Below are positions 12,367 to 26,500 of a DNA stretch of 64,000 nt, in pieces; position 1 is the first letter of the stretch, and every line of letters begins with the position of its first letter. Both the position numbers and the translations under genes were made by a program. Source of the stretch: Auanema rhodensis (taxonomy: Eukaryota; Animalia; Nematoda); assembly GCA_964057225.1 (NCBI GenBank), contig OZ059896.1:3720001-3784000 (forward strand), read 5' to 3'. The notes under the pieces were generated by a model. The model searched no databases. It was not told the origin of the DNA and saw only the letters and a list, made by a program, of their open reading frames with translations.

Positions 12367-12373
12367 TAAATTA
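12367..12373 (+). repeat. Target-site duplication, right copy (TAAATTA)
   Basis: ...TTATTT|TAAATTA-AAGTTCACG. The satellite resumes 7 bp before the point where it was interrupted. Confidence 0.85.
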
Positions 12374-14158
12374 AAGTTCACGTAAATTTCAAAGTCATGG
12401 TTACCATGCACCAATATCAATAAAAATTGGTTTTTAGACTAATATGGACATGGGGAATCTAATTTTGAAAACCGCATCTCTTTATCTTTCACGTGAAGCG
12501 AGTTACATACCAAGTGCACATCACGTGTACATTTAATTAGCATAAATTAAAGTTCACGTAAATTTCAAAGTCATGGTTACCATGCACCAATATCAATAAA
12601 AATTTGTTTTTAGACTAATTTGGACATGGGGAATCTAATTTTGAAAACCGCATCTCTTTATCTTTCAAGTGAAGCGAGTTACATACCAAGTGCACATCAC
12701 GTGTACATTTAATTAGCATAAATTAAAGTTCACGTAAATTTCAAAGTCATGGTTACCATGCACCAATATCAATAAAAATTTGTTTTTAGACTAATTTGGA
12801 CATGGGGAATCTAATTTTGAAAACCGCATCTCTTTATCTTTCACGTGAAGCGAGTTACATACCAAGTGCACATCACGTGTACATTTAATTAGCATAAATT
12901 AAAGTTCACGTAAATTTCAAAGTCATGGTTACCATGCACCAATATCAATAAAAATTTGTTTTTAGACTAATTTGGACATGGGGAATCTAATTTTGAAAAC
13001 CGCATCTCTTTATCTTTCAAGTGAAGCGAGTTACATACCAAGTGCACATCACGTGTACATTTAATTAGCATAAATTAAAGTTCACGTAAATTTCAAAGTC
13101 ATGGTTACCATGCACCAATATCAATAAAAATTTGTTTTTAGACTAATATGGACACGGGGAATCTAATTTTGAAAATCGCATCTCTTTATCTTTCACGTGA
13201 AGCGAGTTACATACCAAGTGCACATCACGTGTACATTTAATTAGCATAAATTAAAGTTCACGTAAATTTCAAACACATGGTTACCATGAACCAAAATCAA
13301 TAAAAATTTGTTTTTAGACTAATATGGACATGGGGAATCTAATTTCGAAAACCGCATCTCTTTATCTTTCACGTGAAGCGAGTTACATACCAAGTGCACA
13401 TCACGTGTACATTTAATTAGCATAAATTAAAGTTCACGTAAATTTCAAAGTCATGGTTACCATGAACCAATATCAATAAAAATTTGTTTTTAGACTAATT
13501 TGGACATGGGGAATCTAATTTTGAAAACCGCATCTCTTTATCTTTCAAGTGAAGCGAGTTACATACCAAGTGCACATCACGTGTACATTTAATTAGCATA
13601 AATTAAAGTTCACGTAAATTTCAAAGTCATGGTTACCATGAACCAATATCAATAAAAATTTGTTTTTAAACTAATATGGACATGGGGAATCTAATTTTGA
13701 AAACCGCATCTCTTTATCTTTCACGTGAAGCGAGTTACATACCAAGTGCACATCACGTGTACTTTTAATTAGCATAAATTAAAGTTCACGTAAATTTCAA
13801 AGTCATGGTTACCATGCACCAATATCAATAAAAATTTGTTTTTAGACTAATTTGGACATGGGGAATCTAATTTTGAAAACCGCATCTCTTTATCTTTCAC
13901 GTGAAGCGAGTTACATACCAAGTGCACATCACGTGTACATTTAATTAGCATAAATTAAAGTTCACGTAAATTTCAAAGTCATGGTTACCATGAACCAATA
14001 TCAATAAAAATTTGTTTTTAAACTAATATGGACATGGGGAATCTAATTTTGAAAACCGCATCTCTTTATCTTTCACGTGAAGCGAGTTACATACCAAGTG
14101 CACATCACGTGTACTTTTAATTAGCATAAATTAAAGTTCACGTAAATTTCAAAGTCAT

Positions 14159-17100
14159 GGTTACCATGCACCAATATCAATAAAAATTTGTTTTTAGACT
14201 AATTTGGACATGGGGAATCTAATTTTGAAAACCGCATCTCTTTATCTTTCACGTGAAGCGAGTTACATACCAAGTGCACATCACGTGTACATTTAATTAG
14301 CATAAATTAAAGTTCACGTAAATTTCAAAGTCATGGTTACCATGCACCAATATCAATAAAAATTTGTTTTTAGACTAATTTGGACATGGGGAATCTAATT
14401 TTGAAAACCGCATCTCTTTATCTTTCAAGTGAAGCGAGTTACATACCAAGTGCACATCACGTGTACATTTAATTAGCATAAATTAAAGTTCACGTAAATT
14501 TCAAAGTCATGGTTACCATGCACCAATATCAATAAAAATTTGTTTTTAGACTAATATGGACACGGGGAATCTAATTTTGAAAATCGCATCTCTTTATCTT
14601 TCACGTGAAGCGAGTTACATACCAAGTGCACATCACGTGTACATTTAATTAGCATAAATTAAAGTTCACGTAAATTTCAAAGTCATGGTTACCATGAACC
14701 AAAATCAATAAAAATTTGTTTTTAGACTAATATGGACATGGGGAATCTAATTTCGAAAACCGCATCTCTTTATCTTTCACGTGAAGCGAGTTACATACCA
14801 AGTGCACATCACGTGTACATTTAATTAGCATAAATTAAAGTTCACGTAAATTTCAAAGTCATGGTTACCATGAACCAATATCAATAAAAATTTGTTTTTA
14901 GACTAATTTGGACATGGGGAATCTAATTTTGAAAACCGCATCTCTTTATCTTTCAAGTGAAGCGAGTTACATACCAAGTGCACATCACGTGTACATTTAA
15001 TTAGCATAAATTAAAGTTCACGTAAATTTCAAAGTCATGGTTACCATGAACCAATATCAATAAAAATTTGTTTTTAAACTAATATGGACATGGGGAATCT
15101 AATTTTGAAAACCGCATCTCTTTATCTTTCACGTGAAGCGAGTTACATACCAAGTGCACATCACGTGTACATTTAATTAGCATAAATTAAAGTTCACGTA
15201 AATTTCAAAGTCATGGTTACCATGCACCAATATCAATAAAAATTTGTTTTTAGACTAATTTGGACATGGGGAATCTAATTTTGAAAACCGCATCTCTTTA
15301 TCTTTCAAGTGAAGCGAGTTACATACCAAGTGCACATCACGTGTACACTTAATTAGCATAAATTAAAGTTCACGTAAATTTCAAAGTCATGGTTACCATG
15401 CACCAATATCAATAAAAATTTGTTTTTAGACTAATATGGACATGGGGAATCTAATTTCGAAAATCGCATCTCTTTATCTTTCACGTGAAGCGAGTTACAT
15501 ACCAAGTGCACATCACGTGTACATTTAATTAGCATAAATTAAAGTTCACGTAAATTTCAAAGTCATGGTTACCATGAACCAATATCAATAAAAATTTGTT
15601 TTTAGACTAATATGGACATGGGGAATCTAATTTTGAAAACCGCATCTCTTTATCTTTCACGTTAAGCGAGTTACATACCAAGTGCACATCACGTGTACAT
15701 TTAATTAGCATAAATTAAAGTTCACGTAAATTTCAAAGTCATGGTTACCATGCACCAATATCAATACAAATTTGTTTTTAGACTAATTTGGACATGGGGA
15801 ATCTAATTTTGAAAACCGCATCTCTTTATCTTTCAAGTGAAGCGAGTTACATACCAAGTGCACATCAGGTGTACATTTAATTAGCATAAATTAAAGTTCA
15901 CGTAAATTTCAAAGTCATGGTTACCATGAACCAATATCAATAAAAATTTGTTTTTAAACTAATATGGACATGGGGAATCTAATTTTGAAAACCGCATCTC
16001 TTTATCTTTCACGTGAAGCGAGTTACATACCTAGTGCACATCACGTGTACATTTAATTAGCATAAATTAAAGTTCACGTAAATTTCAAAGTCATGGTTAC
16101 CATGAACCAATATCAATAAAAATTTGTTTTTAAACTAATATGGACATCGGGAATCTAATTTTGGAAACCGCATTTCTTTATCTCTCACGTGAAGCGAGTT
16201 ACATACCAAGTGCACATCACGTGTACACTTAATTAGCATAAATTAAAGTTCACGTAAATTTCAAAGTCATGGTTACCATGAACCAATATCAATAAAAATT
16301 TGTTTTTAGACTAATATGGACATGGGGAATCTAATTTTGAAAACCGCATCTCTTCATCTTTCACGTGAAGCGAGTTACATACCAAGTGCACATCACGTGT
16401 ACATTTAATTAGCATAAATTAAAGTTCACGTAAATTTCAAAGTCATGGTTACCATGAACCAATATCAATAAAAATTTGTTGTTAGACTAATATGGACATG
16501 GGGAATCTAATTTTGAAAACCGCATCTCTTTATCTTTCACGTGAAGCGAGTTACATACCAAGTGCACATCACGTGTACATTTAATCAGCATAAATTAAAG
16601 TTCACGTAAATTTCAAAGTCATGGTTACCATGAACCAATATCAATAAAAATTTGTTTTTAAACTAATATGGACATGAGGAATCTAATTTTGAAAACCGCA
16701 TCTCTTTATCTTTCACGTGAAGCGAGTTACATACCTAGTGCACATCACGTGTACATTTAATTAGCATAAATTAAAGTTCACGTAAATTTCAAAGTCATGG
16801 TTACCATGAACCAATATCAATAAAAATTTGTTTTTAGACTAATATGGACATCGGGAATCTAATTTTGGAAACCGCATTTCTTTATCTCTCACGTGAAGCG
16901 AGTTACATACCAAGTGCACATCACGTGTACATTTAATTAGCATAAATTAAAGTTCACGTAAATTTCAAAGTCATGGTTACCATGAACCAATATCAATAAA
17001 AATTTGTTTTTAAACTAATATGGACATGGGGAATCTAATTTTGAAAACCGCATCTCTTTATCTTTCACGTGAAGCGAGTTACATACCAAGTGCACATCAC

Positions 17101-20100
17101 GTGTACACTTAATTAGCATAAATTAAAGTTCACGTAAATTTCAAAGTCATGGTTACCATGAACCAATATCAATAAAAATTTGTTTTTAGACTAATATGGA
17201 CATGGGGAATCTAATTTTGAAAACCGCATCTCTTCATCTTTCACGTGAAGCGAGTTACATACCAAGTGCACATCACGTGTACATTTAATTAGCATAAATT
17301 AAAGTTCACGTAAATTTCAAAGTCATGGTTACCATGAACCAATATCAATAAAAATTTGTTGTTAGACTAATATGGACATGGGGAATCTAATTTTGAAAAC
17401 CGCATCTCTTTATCTTTCACGTGAAGCGAGTTACATACCAAGTGCACATCACGTGTACATTTAATCAGCATAAATTAAAGTTCACGTAAATTTCAAAGTC
17501 ATGGTTACCATTAACAAATATCAATAAAAATTTGTTTTTAGACTAATATGGACATGGGGAATCTAATTTCGGAAACCGCATCTATTTACCTTTCACGTGA
17601 AGCGAGTTACATACCAAGTGCACATCACGTGTACATTTAATTAGCATAAATTAAAGTTCACGTAAATTTCAAAGTCATGGTTACAATGCACCAATATCAA
17701 TAAAAATTTGTTTTTAGACTAATATGGACATGGGGAATCTAATTTTGAAAACCGCATTTCTTTATCTCTCACGTGAAGCGAGTTACATACCAAGTGCACA
17801 TCACGTGTACATTTAATTAGCATAAATTAAAGTTCACGTAAATTTCAAAGTCATGGTTACCATGAACCAATAACAATAAAAATTTGTTTTTAGACTAATA
17901 TGGACATGGGGAATCTAATTTTGAAAACCGCATCTCTTTATCTTTCACGTGAAGCGAGTTACATACCAAGTGCACATCACGTGTACATTTAATTAGCATA
18001 AATTAAAGTTCACGTAAATTTCAAAGTCATGGTTACCATTAACCAATATCAATAAAAATTTGTTTTTAGACTAATATGGACATGAGGAATCTAATTTTGA
18101 AAACCGCATCTCTTCATCTTTCACGTGAAGCGAGTTACATACCAAGTGCACATCACGTGTACATTTAATTAGCATAAATTAAAGTTCACGTAAATTTCAA
18201 AGTCATGGTTACAATGCACCAATATCAATAAAAATTTGTTTTTAGACTAATATGGACATGGGGAATCTAATTTTGAAAACCGCATTTCTTTATCTCTCAC
18301 GTGAAGCGAGTTACATACCAAGTGCACATCACGTGTACATTTAATTAGCATAAATTAAAGTTCACGTAAATTTCAAAGTCATGGTTACCATGAACCAATA
18401 ACAATAAAAATTTGTTTTTAGACTAATATGGACATGGGGAATCTAATTTTGAAAACCGCATCTCTTTATCTTTCACGTGAAGCGAGTTACATACCAAGTG
18501 CACATCACGTGTACATTTAATTAGCATAAATTAAAGTTCACGTAAATTTCAAAGTCATGGTTACCATTAACCAATATCAATAAAAATTTGTTTTTAGACT
18601 AATATGGACATGAGGAATCTAATTTTGAAAACCGCATCTCTTCATCTTTCACGTGAAGCGAGTTACATACCAAGTGCACATCACGTGTACATTTAATTAG
18701 CATAAATTAAAGTTCACGTAAATTTCAAAGTCATGGTTACCATGAACCTATATCAATAAAAATTTGTTTTTAGACTAATATGGACATGGGGAATCTAATT
18801 TTGAAAACCGCATCTCTTTATCTCTCACGTGAAGCGAGTTACATACCAAGTGCACATCACGTGTACATTTAATTAGCATAAATTAAAGTTCACGTAAATT
18901 TCAAACTCATGGTTACCATGAACCAATATCAATCGTAAATTTCAAAGTCATGGTTACCATGAACCAATATCAATAAAAATTTGTTTTTAGACTAATTTGG
19001 ACATGGGGAATCTAATTTCGAAAACCGCATCTATTTATCTTTCACGTGAAGCGAGTTACATACCAAGTGCACATCACGTGTACATTTAATTAGCATAAAT
19101 TAAAGTTCACGTAAATTTCAAAGTCATGGTTACCATGAACCAATATCAATAAAAATTTGTTTTTAGACTAATTTGGACATAGGGAATCTAATTTTGAAAA
19201 CCGCATCTATTTATCTTTCACGTGAAGCGAGTTACATACCAAGTGCACATCACGTGTACATTTAATTAGCATAAATTAAAGTTCACGTAAATTTCAAAGT
19301 CATGGTTACCATGAACCAATATCAATAAAAATTTGTTTTTAGACTAATATGGACATGGGGAATCTAATTTTGGAAACCGCATCTCTTTATCTTTCACGTG
19401 AAGCGAGTTACATACCAAGTGCACATCACGTGTACATTTAATTAGCATAAATTAAAGTTCACGTAAATTTCAAAGTCATGGTTACCATGAACCAATATCA
19501 ATAAAAATTTGTTTTTAGACTAATATGGACATGGGGAATCTAATTTCGAAAACCGCATCTATTCATCTTTCACGTGAAGCGAGTTACATACCAAGTGCAC
19601 ATCACGTGTACATTTAATTAGCATAAATTAAAGTTCACGTAAATTTCAAAGTCATGGTTACCATGAACCAATATCAATAAAAATTTGTTTTTAGACTAAT
19701 ATGGACATGGGGAATCTAATTTTGAAAACCGCATCTCTTTATCTTTCACGTGAAGCGAGTTACATACCAAGTGCACATCACGTGTACATTTAATTAGCAT
19801 AAATTAAAGTTCACGTAAATTTCAAAGTCATGGTTACCATGAACCAATATCAATAAAAATTTGTTTTTAGACTAATATGGACATGAGGAATCTAATTTTG
19901 AAAACCGCATCTCTTTATCTTTCACGTGAAGCGAGTTACATACCAAGTGCACATCACGTGTACATTTAATTAGCATAAATTAAAGTTCACGTAAATTTCA
20001 AAGTCATGGTTACCATGAACCAATATCAATAAAAATTTGTTTTTAGACTAATATGGACATGGGGAATCTAATTTTGAAAACCGCATCTCTTTATCTTTCA

Positions 20101-22675
20101 CGTGAAGCGAGTTACATACCAAGTGCACATCACGTGTACATTTAATTAGCATAAATTAAAGTTCACGTAAATTTCAAAGTCATGGTTACCATGAACCAAT
20201 ATCAATAAAAATTTGTTTTTAGACTAATATGGACATGGGGAATCTAATTTTGAAAACCGCATCTCTTTATCTTTCACGTGAAGCGAGTTACATACCAAGT
20301 GCACATCACGTGTACATTTAATTAGCATAAATTAAAGTTCACGTAAATTTCAAAGTCATGGTTACCATGAACCAATATCAATAAAAATTTGTTGTTAGAC
20401 TAATATGGACATGGGGAATCTAATTTTGAAAACCACATCTCTTTATCTTTCACGTGAAGCGAGTTACATACCAAGTGCACATCACGTGTACATTTAATTA
20501 GCATAAATTAAAGTTCACGTAAATTTCAAAGTCATGGTTACCATGAACCAATATCAATAAAAATTTGTTTTTAGACTAATATGGACATGGGGAATCTAAT
20601 TTTGAAAACCGCATCTCTTTATCTTTCACGTGAAGCGAGTTACATACCAAGTGCACATCACGTGTACATTTAATTAGCATAAATTAAAGTTCACGTAAAT
20701 TTCAAAGTCATGGTTACCATGAACCAATATCAATAAAAATTTGGTTTTAGACTAATATGGACATGGGGAATCTAATTTTGAAAACCGCATCTCTTTATCT
20801 TACACGTGAAGCGAGTTACATACCAAGTGCACATCACGTGTACATTTAATTAGCATAAATTAAAGTTCACGTAAATTTCAAAGTCATGGTTACCATGAAC
20901 CAATATCAATAAAAATTTGTTTTTAGACTAATATGGACATGAGGAATCTAATTTTGAAAACCGCATCTCTTCATCTTTCACGTGAAGCGAGTTACATACC
21001 AAGTGCACATCACGTGTACATTTAATTAGCATAAATTAAAGTTCACGTAAATTTCAAAGTCATGGTTACCATGAACCAATATCAATAAAAATTTGTTTTT
21101 AGACTAATATGGACATGGGTAATCTAATTTTGAAAACCGCATCTCTTTATCTTTCACGTGAAGCGAGTTACATACCAAGTGCACATCACGTGTACATTTA
21201 ATTAGCATAAATTAAAGTTCACGTAAATTTCAAAGTCATGGTTACCATGAACCAATATCAATAAAAATTTGTTGTTAGACTAATATGGACATGGGGAATC
21301 TAATTGTGAAAACCGCATCTCTTTATCTTTCACGTGAAGCGAGTTACATACCAAGTGCACATCACGTGTACATTTAATTAGCATAAATTAAAGTTCACGT
21401 AAATTTCAAAGTCATGGTTACCATGAACCAATATCAATAAAAATTTGTTTTTAGACTAATATGGACATGGGGAATCTAATTTTGAAAACCGCATCTCTTT
21501 ATCTTTCACGTGAAACGAGTTACATACCAAGTGCCCATCACGTGTACATTAAATTAGCATAAATTAAAGTTCACGTAAATTTCAAAGTCATGGTTACCAT
21601 GAACCAATATCAATAAAAATTTGTTTTTAGACTAATTTGGACATGGGGAATCTAATTTTGAAAACCGCATCTATTTATCTTTCACGTGAAGCGAGTTACA
21701 TACCAAGTGCACATCACGTGTACATTTAATTAGCATAAATTAAAGTTTACGTAAATTTCAAAGTCATGGTTACCATGAACCAATATCAATAAAAATTTGT
21801 TTTTAGACTAATATGGACATGGGGAATCTAATTTTGAAAACCGCATCTCTTCATCTTTCACGTGAAGCGAGTTACATACCAAGTGCACATCACGTGTACA
21901 TTTAATTAGCAAAAATTAAAGTTAACGTAAATTTCAAAGTCATGGTTACCATGAACCAATATCAATAAAAATTTGTTTTTAGACTAATATGGACATGGGG
22001 AATCTAATTTTGAAAACCGCATCTCTTCATCTTTCACGTGAAGCGAGTTACATACCAAGTGCACATCACGTGTACATTTAATTAGCATAAATTAAAGTTC
22101 ACGTAAATTTCAAAGTCATGGTTACCATGAACCAATATCAATAAAAATTTGTTTTTAGACTAATATGGACATGGGTAATCTAATTTTGAAAACCGCATCT
22201 CTTTATCTTTCACGTGAAGCGAGTTACATACCAAGTGCACATCACGTGTACATTTAATTAGCATAAATTAAAGTTCACGTAAATTTCAAAGTCATGGTTA
22301 CCATGAACCAATATCAATAAAAATTTGTTTTTAGACTAATTTGGACATGGGGAATCTAATTTTGAAAACCGCATCTATTTATCTTTCACGTGAAGCGAGT
22401 TACATACCAAGTGCACATCACGTGTACATTTAATTAGCATAAATTAAAGTTCACGTAAATTTCAAAGTCATGGTTACCATGAACCAATATCAATAAAAAT
22501 TTGTTTTTAGACTAATATGGACATGGGGAATCTAATTTTGAAAACCGCATCTCTTCATCTTTCACGTGAAGCGAGTTACATACCAAGTGCACATCACGTG
22601 TACATTTAATTAGCAAAAATTAAAGTTAACGTAAATTTCAAAGTCATGGTTACCATGAACCAATATCAATAAAAA
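14159..22675 (+). repeat. Higher-order duplicated block, copy of ~1-9045
   Basis: Same ordered rare variants. The offset is 14,158 for the first 8 monomers and 13,630 from 2113/15743 onward (41-bp duplication 5281/18911; TAAAGTTAAC 8991/22621). Confidence 0.9.
18893..18974 (+). repeat. Second copy of the 41-bp duplication
   Basis: Identical junction and the same linked AAACTCAT variant, 13,630 bp from the first copy. Confidence 0.95.
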
Positions 22676-23527
22676 TTTGTTTTTAGACTAATATGGACAT
22701 GGGGAATCTAATTTTGAAAACCGCATCTCTTCATCTTTCACGTGAAGCGAGTTACATACCAAGTGCACATCACGTGTACATTTAATTAGCATAAATTAAA
22801 GTTCACGTAAATTTCAAAGTCATGGTTACCATGAACCAATATCAATAAAAATTTGTTTTTAGACTAATATGGACATGGGTAATCTAATTTTGAAAACCGC
22901 ATCTCTTTATCTTTCACGTGAAGCGAGTTACATACCAAGTGCACATCACGTGTACATTTAATTAGCATAAATTAAAGTTCACGTAAATTTCAAAGTCATG
23001 GTTACCATGAACCAATATCAATAAAAATTTGTTGTTAGACTAATATGGACATGGGGAATCTAATTTTGAAAACCGCATCTCTTTATCTTTCACGTGAAGC
23101 GAGTTACATACCAAGTGCACATCACGTGTACATTTAATTAGCATAAATTAAAGTTCACGTAAATTTCAAAGTCATGGTTACCATGAACCAATATCAATAA
23201 AAATTTGTTTTTAGACTAATATGGACATGGGGAATCTAATTTTGAAAACCGCATCTCTTTATCTTTCACGTGAAACGAGTTACATACCAAGTGCCCATCA
23301 CGTGTACATTAAATTAGCATAAATTAAAGTTCACGTAAATTTCAAAGTCATGGTTACCATGAACCAATATCAATAAAAATTTGTTTTTAGACTAATTTGG
23401 ACATGGGGAATCTAATTTTGAAAACCGCATCTATTTATCTTTCACGTGAAGCGAGTTACATACCAAGTGCACATCACGTGTACATTTAATTAGCATAAAT
23501 TAAAGTTCACGTAAATTTCAAAGTCAT

Positions 23528-26500
23528 GGTTACCATGAACCAATATCAATAAAAATTTGTTTTTAGACTAATATGGACATGGGGAATCTAATTTTGAAAA
23601 CCGCATCTCTTCATCTTTCACGTGAAGCGAGTTACATACCAAGTGCACATCACGTGTACATTTAATTAGCAAAAATTAAAGTTAACGTAAATTTCAAAGT
23701 CATGGTTACCATGAACCAATATCAATAAAAATTTGTTTTTAGACTAATATGGACATGGGGAATCTAATTTTGAAAACCGCATCTCTTTATCTTTCACGTG
23801 AAGCGAGTTACATACCAAGTGCACATCACGTGTACATTTAATTAGCATAAATTAAAGTTCACGTAAATTTCAAAGTCATGGTTACCATGAACCAATATCA
23901 ATAAAAATTTGTTTTTAGACTAATATGGACATGGGGAATCTAATTTCGAAAACCGCATCTATTTATCTTTCACGTGAAGCGAGTTACATACCAAGTGCAC
24001 ATCACGTGTACATTTAATTAGCATAAATTAAAGTTCACGTAAATTTCAAAGTCATGGTTACCATGAACCAATATCAATAAAAATTTGTTTTTAGACTAAT
24101 TTGGACATGGGGAATCTAATTTTGAAAACCGCATCTATTTATCTTTCACGTGAAGCGAGTTACATACCAAGTGCACATCACGTGTACATTTAATTAGCAT
24201 AAATTAAAGTTCACGTAAATTTCAAAGTCATGGTTACCATGAACCAATATCAATAAAAATTTGTTTTTAGACTAATTTGGACATGGGGAATCTAATTTTG
24301 AAAACCGCATCTATTTATCTTTCACGTGAAGCGAGTTACATACCAAGTGCACATCACGTGTACATTTAATTAGCATAAATTAAAGTTCACGTAAATTTCA
24401 AAGTCATGGTTACCATGAACCAATATCAATAAAAATTTGTTTTTAGACTAATTTGGACATGGGGAATCTAATTTTGAAAACCGCATCTATTTATCTTTCA
24501 CGTGAAGCGAGTTACATACCAAGTGCACATCACGTGTACATTTAATTAGCATAAATTAAAGTTCACGTAAATTTTAAAGTCATGGTTACCATGAACCAAT
24601 ATCAATAAAAATTTGTTTTTAGACTTATATGGACATGGGGAATCTAATTTTGAAAACCGCATCTCTTTATCTTTCACGTGAAGCGAGTTACATACCAAGT
24701 GCACATCACGTGTACATTTAATTAGCATAAATTAAAGTTCACGTAAATTTCAAAGTCATGGTTACCATGAACCAATATCAATAAAAATTTGTTTTTAGAA
24801 TAATTTGGACATGGGGAATCTAATTTTGAAGACCGCATCTATTTATCTTTCACGTGAAGCGAGTTACATACCAAGTGCACATCACGTGTACATTTAATTA
24901 GCATAAATTAAAGTTCACGTAAATTTCAAAGTCATGGTTACCATGAACCAATATCAATAAAAATTTGTTTTTAGACTAATATGGACATGGGGAATCTAAT
25001 TTTGAAAACCGCATCTCTTTATCTTTCACGTGAAACGAGTTACATACCAAGTGCCCATCACGTGTACATTAAATTAGCATAAATTAAAGTTCACGTAAAT
25101 TTCAAAGTCATGGTTACCATGAACCAATATCAATAAAAATTTGTTTTTAGACTAATTTGGACATGGGGAATCTAATTTTGAAAACCGCATCTATTTATCT
25201 TTCACGTGAAGCGAGTTACATACCAAGTGCACATCACGTGTACATTTAATTAGCATAAATTAAAGTTCACGTAAATTTCAAAGTCATGGTTACCATGAAC
25301 CAATATCAATAAAAATTTGTTTTTAGACTAATATGGACATGAGGAATCTAATTTTGAAAACCGCATCTCTTCATCTTTCACGTGAAGCGAGTTACATACC
25401 AAGTGCACATCACGTGTACATTTAATTAGCAAAAATTAAAGTTAACGTAAATTTCAAAGTCATGGTTACCATGAACCAATATCAATAAAAATTTGTTTTT
25501 AGACTAATATGGACATGGGGAATCTAATTTTGAAAACCGCATCTCTTTATCTTTCACGTGAAGCGAGTTACATACCAAGTGCACATCACGTGTACATTTA
25601 ATTAGCATAAATTAAAGTTCACGTAAATTTCAAAGTCATGGTTACCATGAACCAATATCAATAAAAATTTGTTTTTAGACTAATATGGACATGGGGAATC
25701 TAATTTCGAAAACCGCATCTATTTATCTTTCACGTGAAGCGAGTTACATACCAAGTGCACATCACGTGTACATTTAATTAGCATAAATTAAAGTTCACGT
25801 AAATTTCAAAGTCATGGTTACCATGAACCAATATCAATAAAAATTTGTTTTTAGACTAATTTGGACATGGGGAATCTAATTTCGAAAACCGCATCTATTT
25901 ATCTTTCACGTGAAGCGAGTTACATACCAAGTGCACATCACGTGTACATTTAATTAGCATAAATTAAAGTTCACGTAAATTTCAAAGTCATGGTTACCAT
26001 GAACCAATATCAATAAAAATTTGTTTTTAGACTAATTTGGACATGGGGAATCTAATTTTGAAAACCGCATCTATTTATCTTTCACGTGAAGCGAGTTACA
26101 TACCAAGTGCACATCACGTGTACATTTAATTAGCATAAATTAAAGTTCACGTAAATTTTAAAGTCATGGTTACCATGAACCAATATCAATAAAAATTTGT
26201 TTTTAGACTAATATGGACATGGGGAATCTAATTTTGAAAACCGCATCTCTTTATCTTTCACGTGAAGCGAGTTACATACCAAGTGCACATCACGTGTACA
26301 TTTAATTAGCATAAATTAAAGTTCACGTAAATTTTAAAGTCATGGTTACCATGAACCAATATCAATAAAAATTTGTTTTTAGACTAATATGGACATGGGG
26401 AATCTAATTTTGAAAACCGCATCTCTTTATCTTTCACGTGAAGCGAGTTACATACCAAGTGCACATCACGTGTACATTTAATTAGCATAAATTAAAGTTC

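Noticed and set aside
12338-12367. T-rich tract as the LINE poly(A) tail
   Set aside because: It lies at the 5' end of the minus-strand ORF. The 3' end is at 11281.
24546-24728. 60-aa minus-strand ORF (identical copy at 28418-28600)
   Set aside because: It is satellite translation. The SNP ACTAAT>ACTTAT removes a minus-strand TAG, and the second copy comes from the 3,872-bp duplication. 176 is not a multiple of 3.
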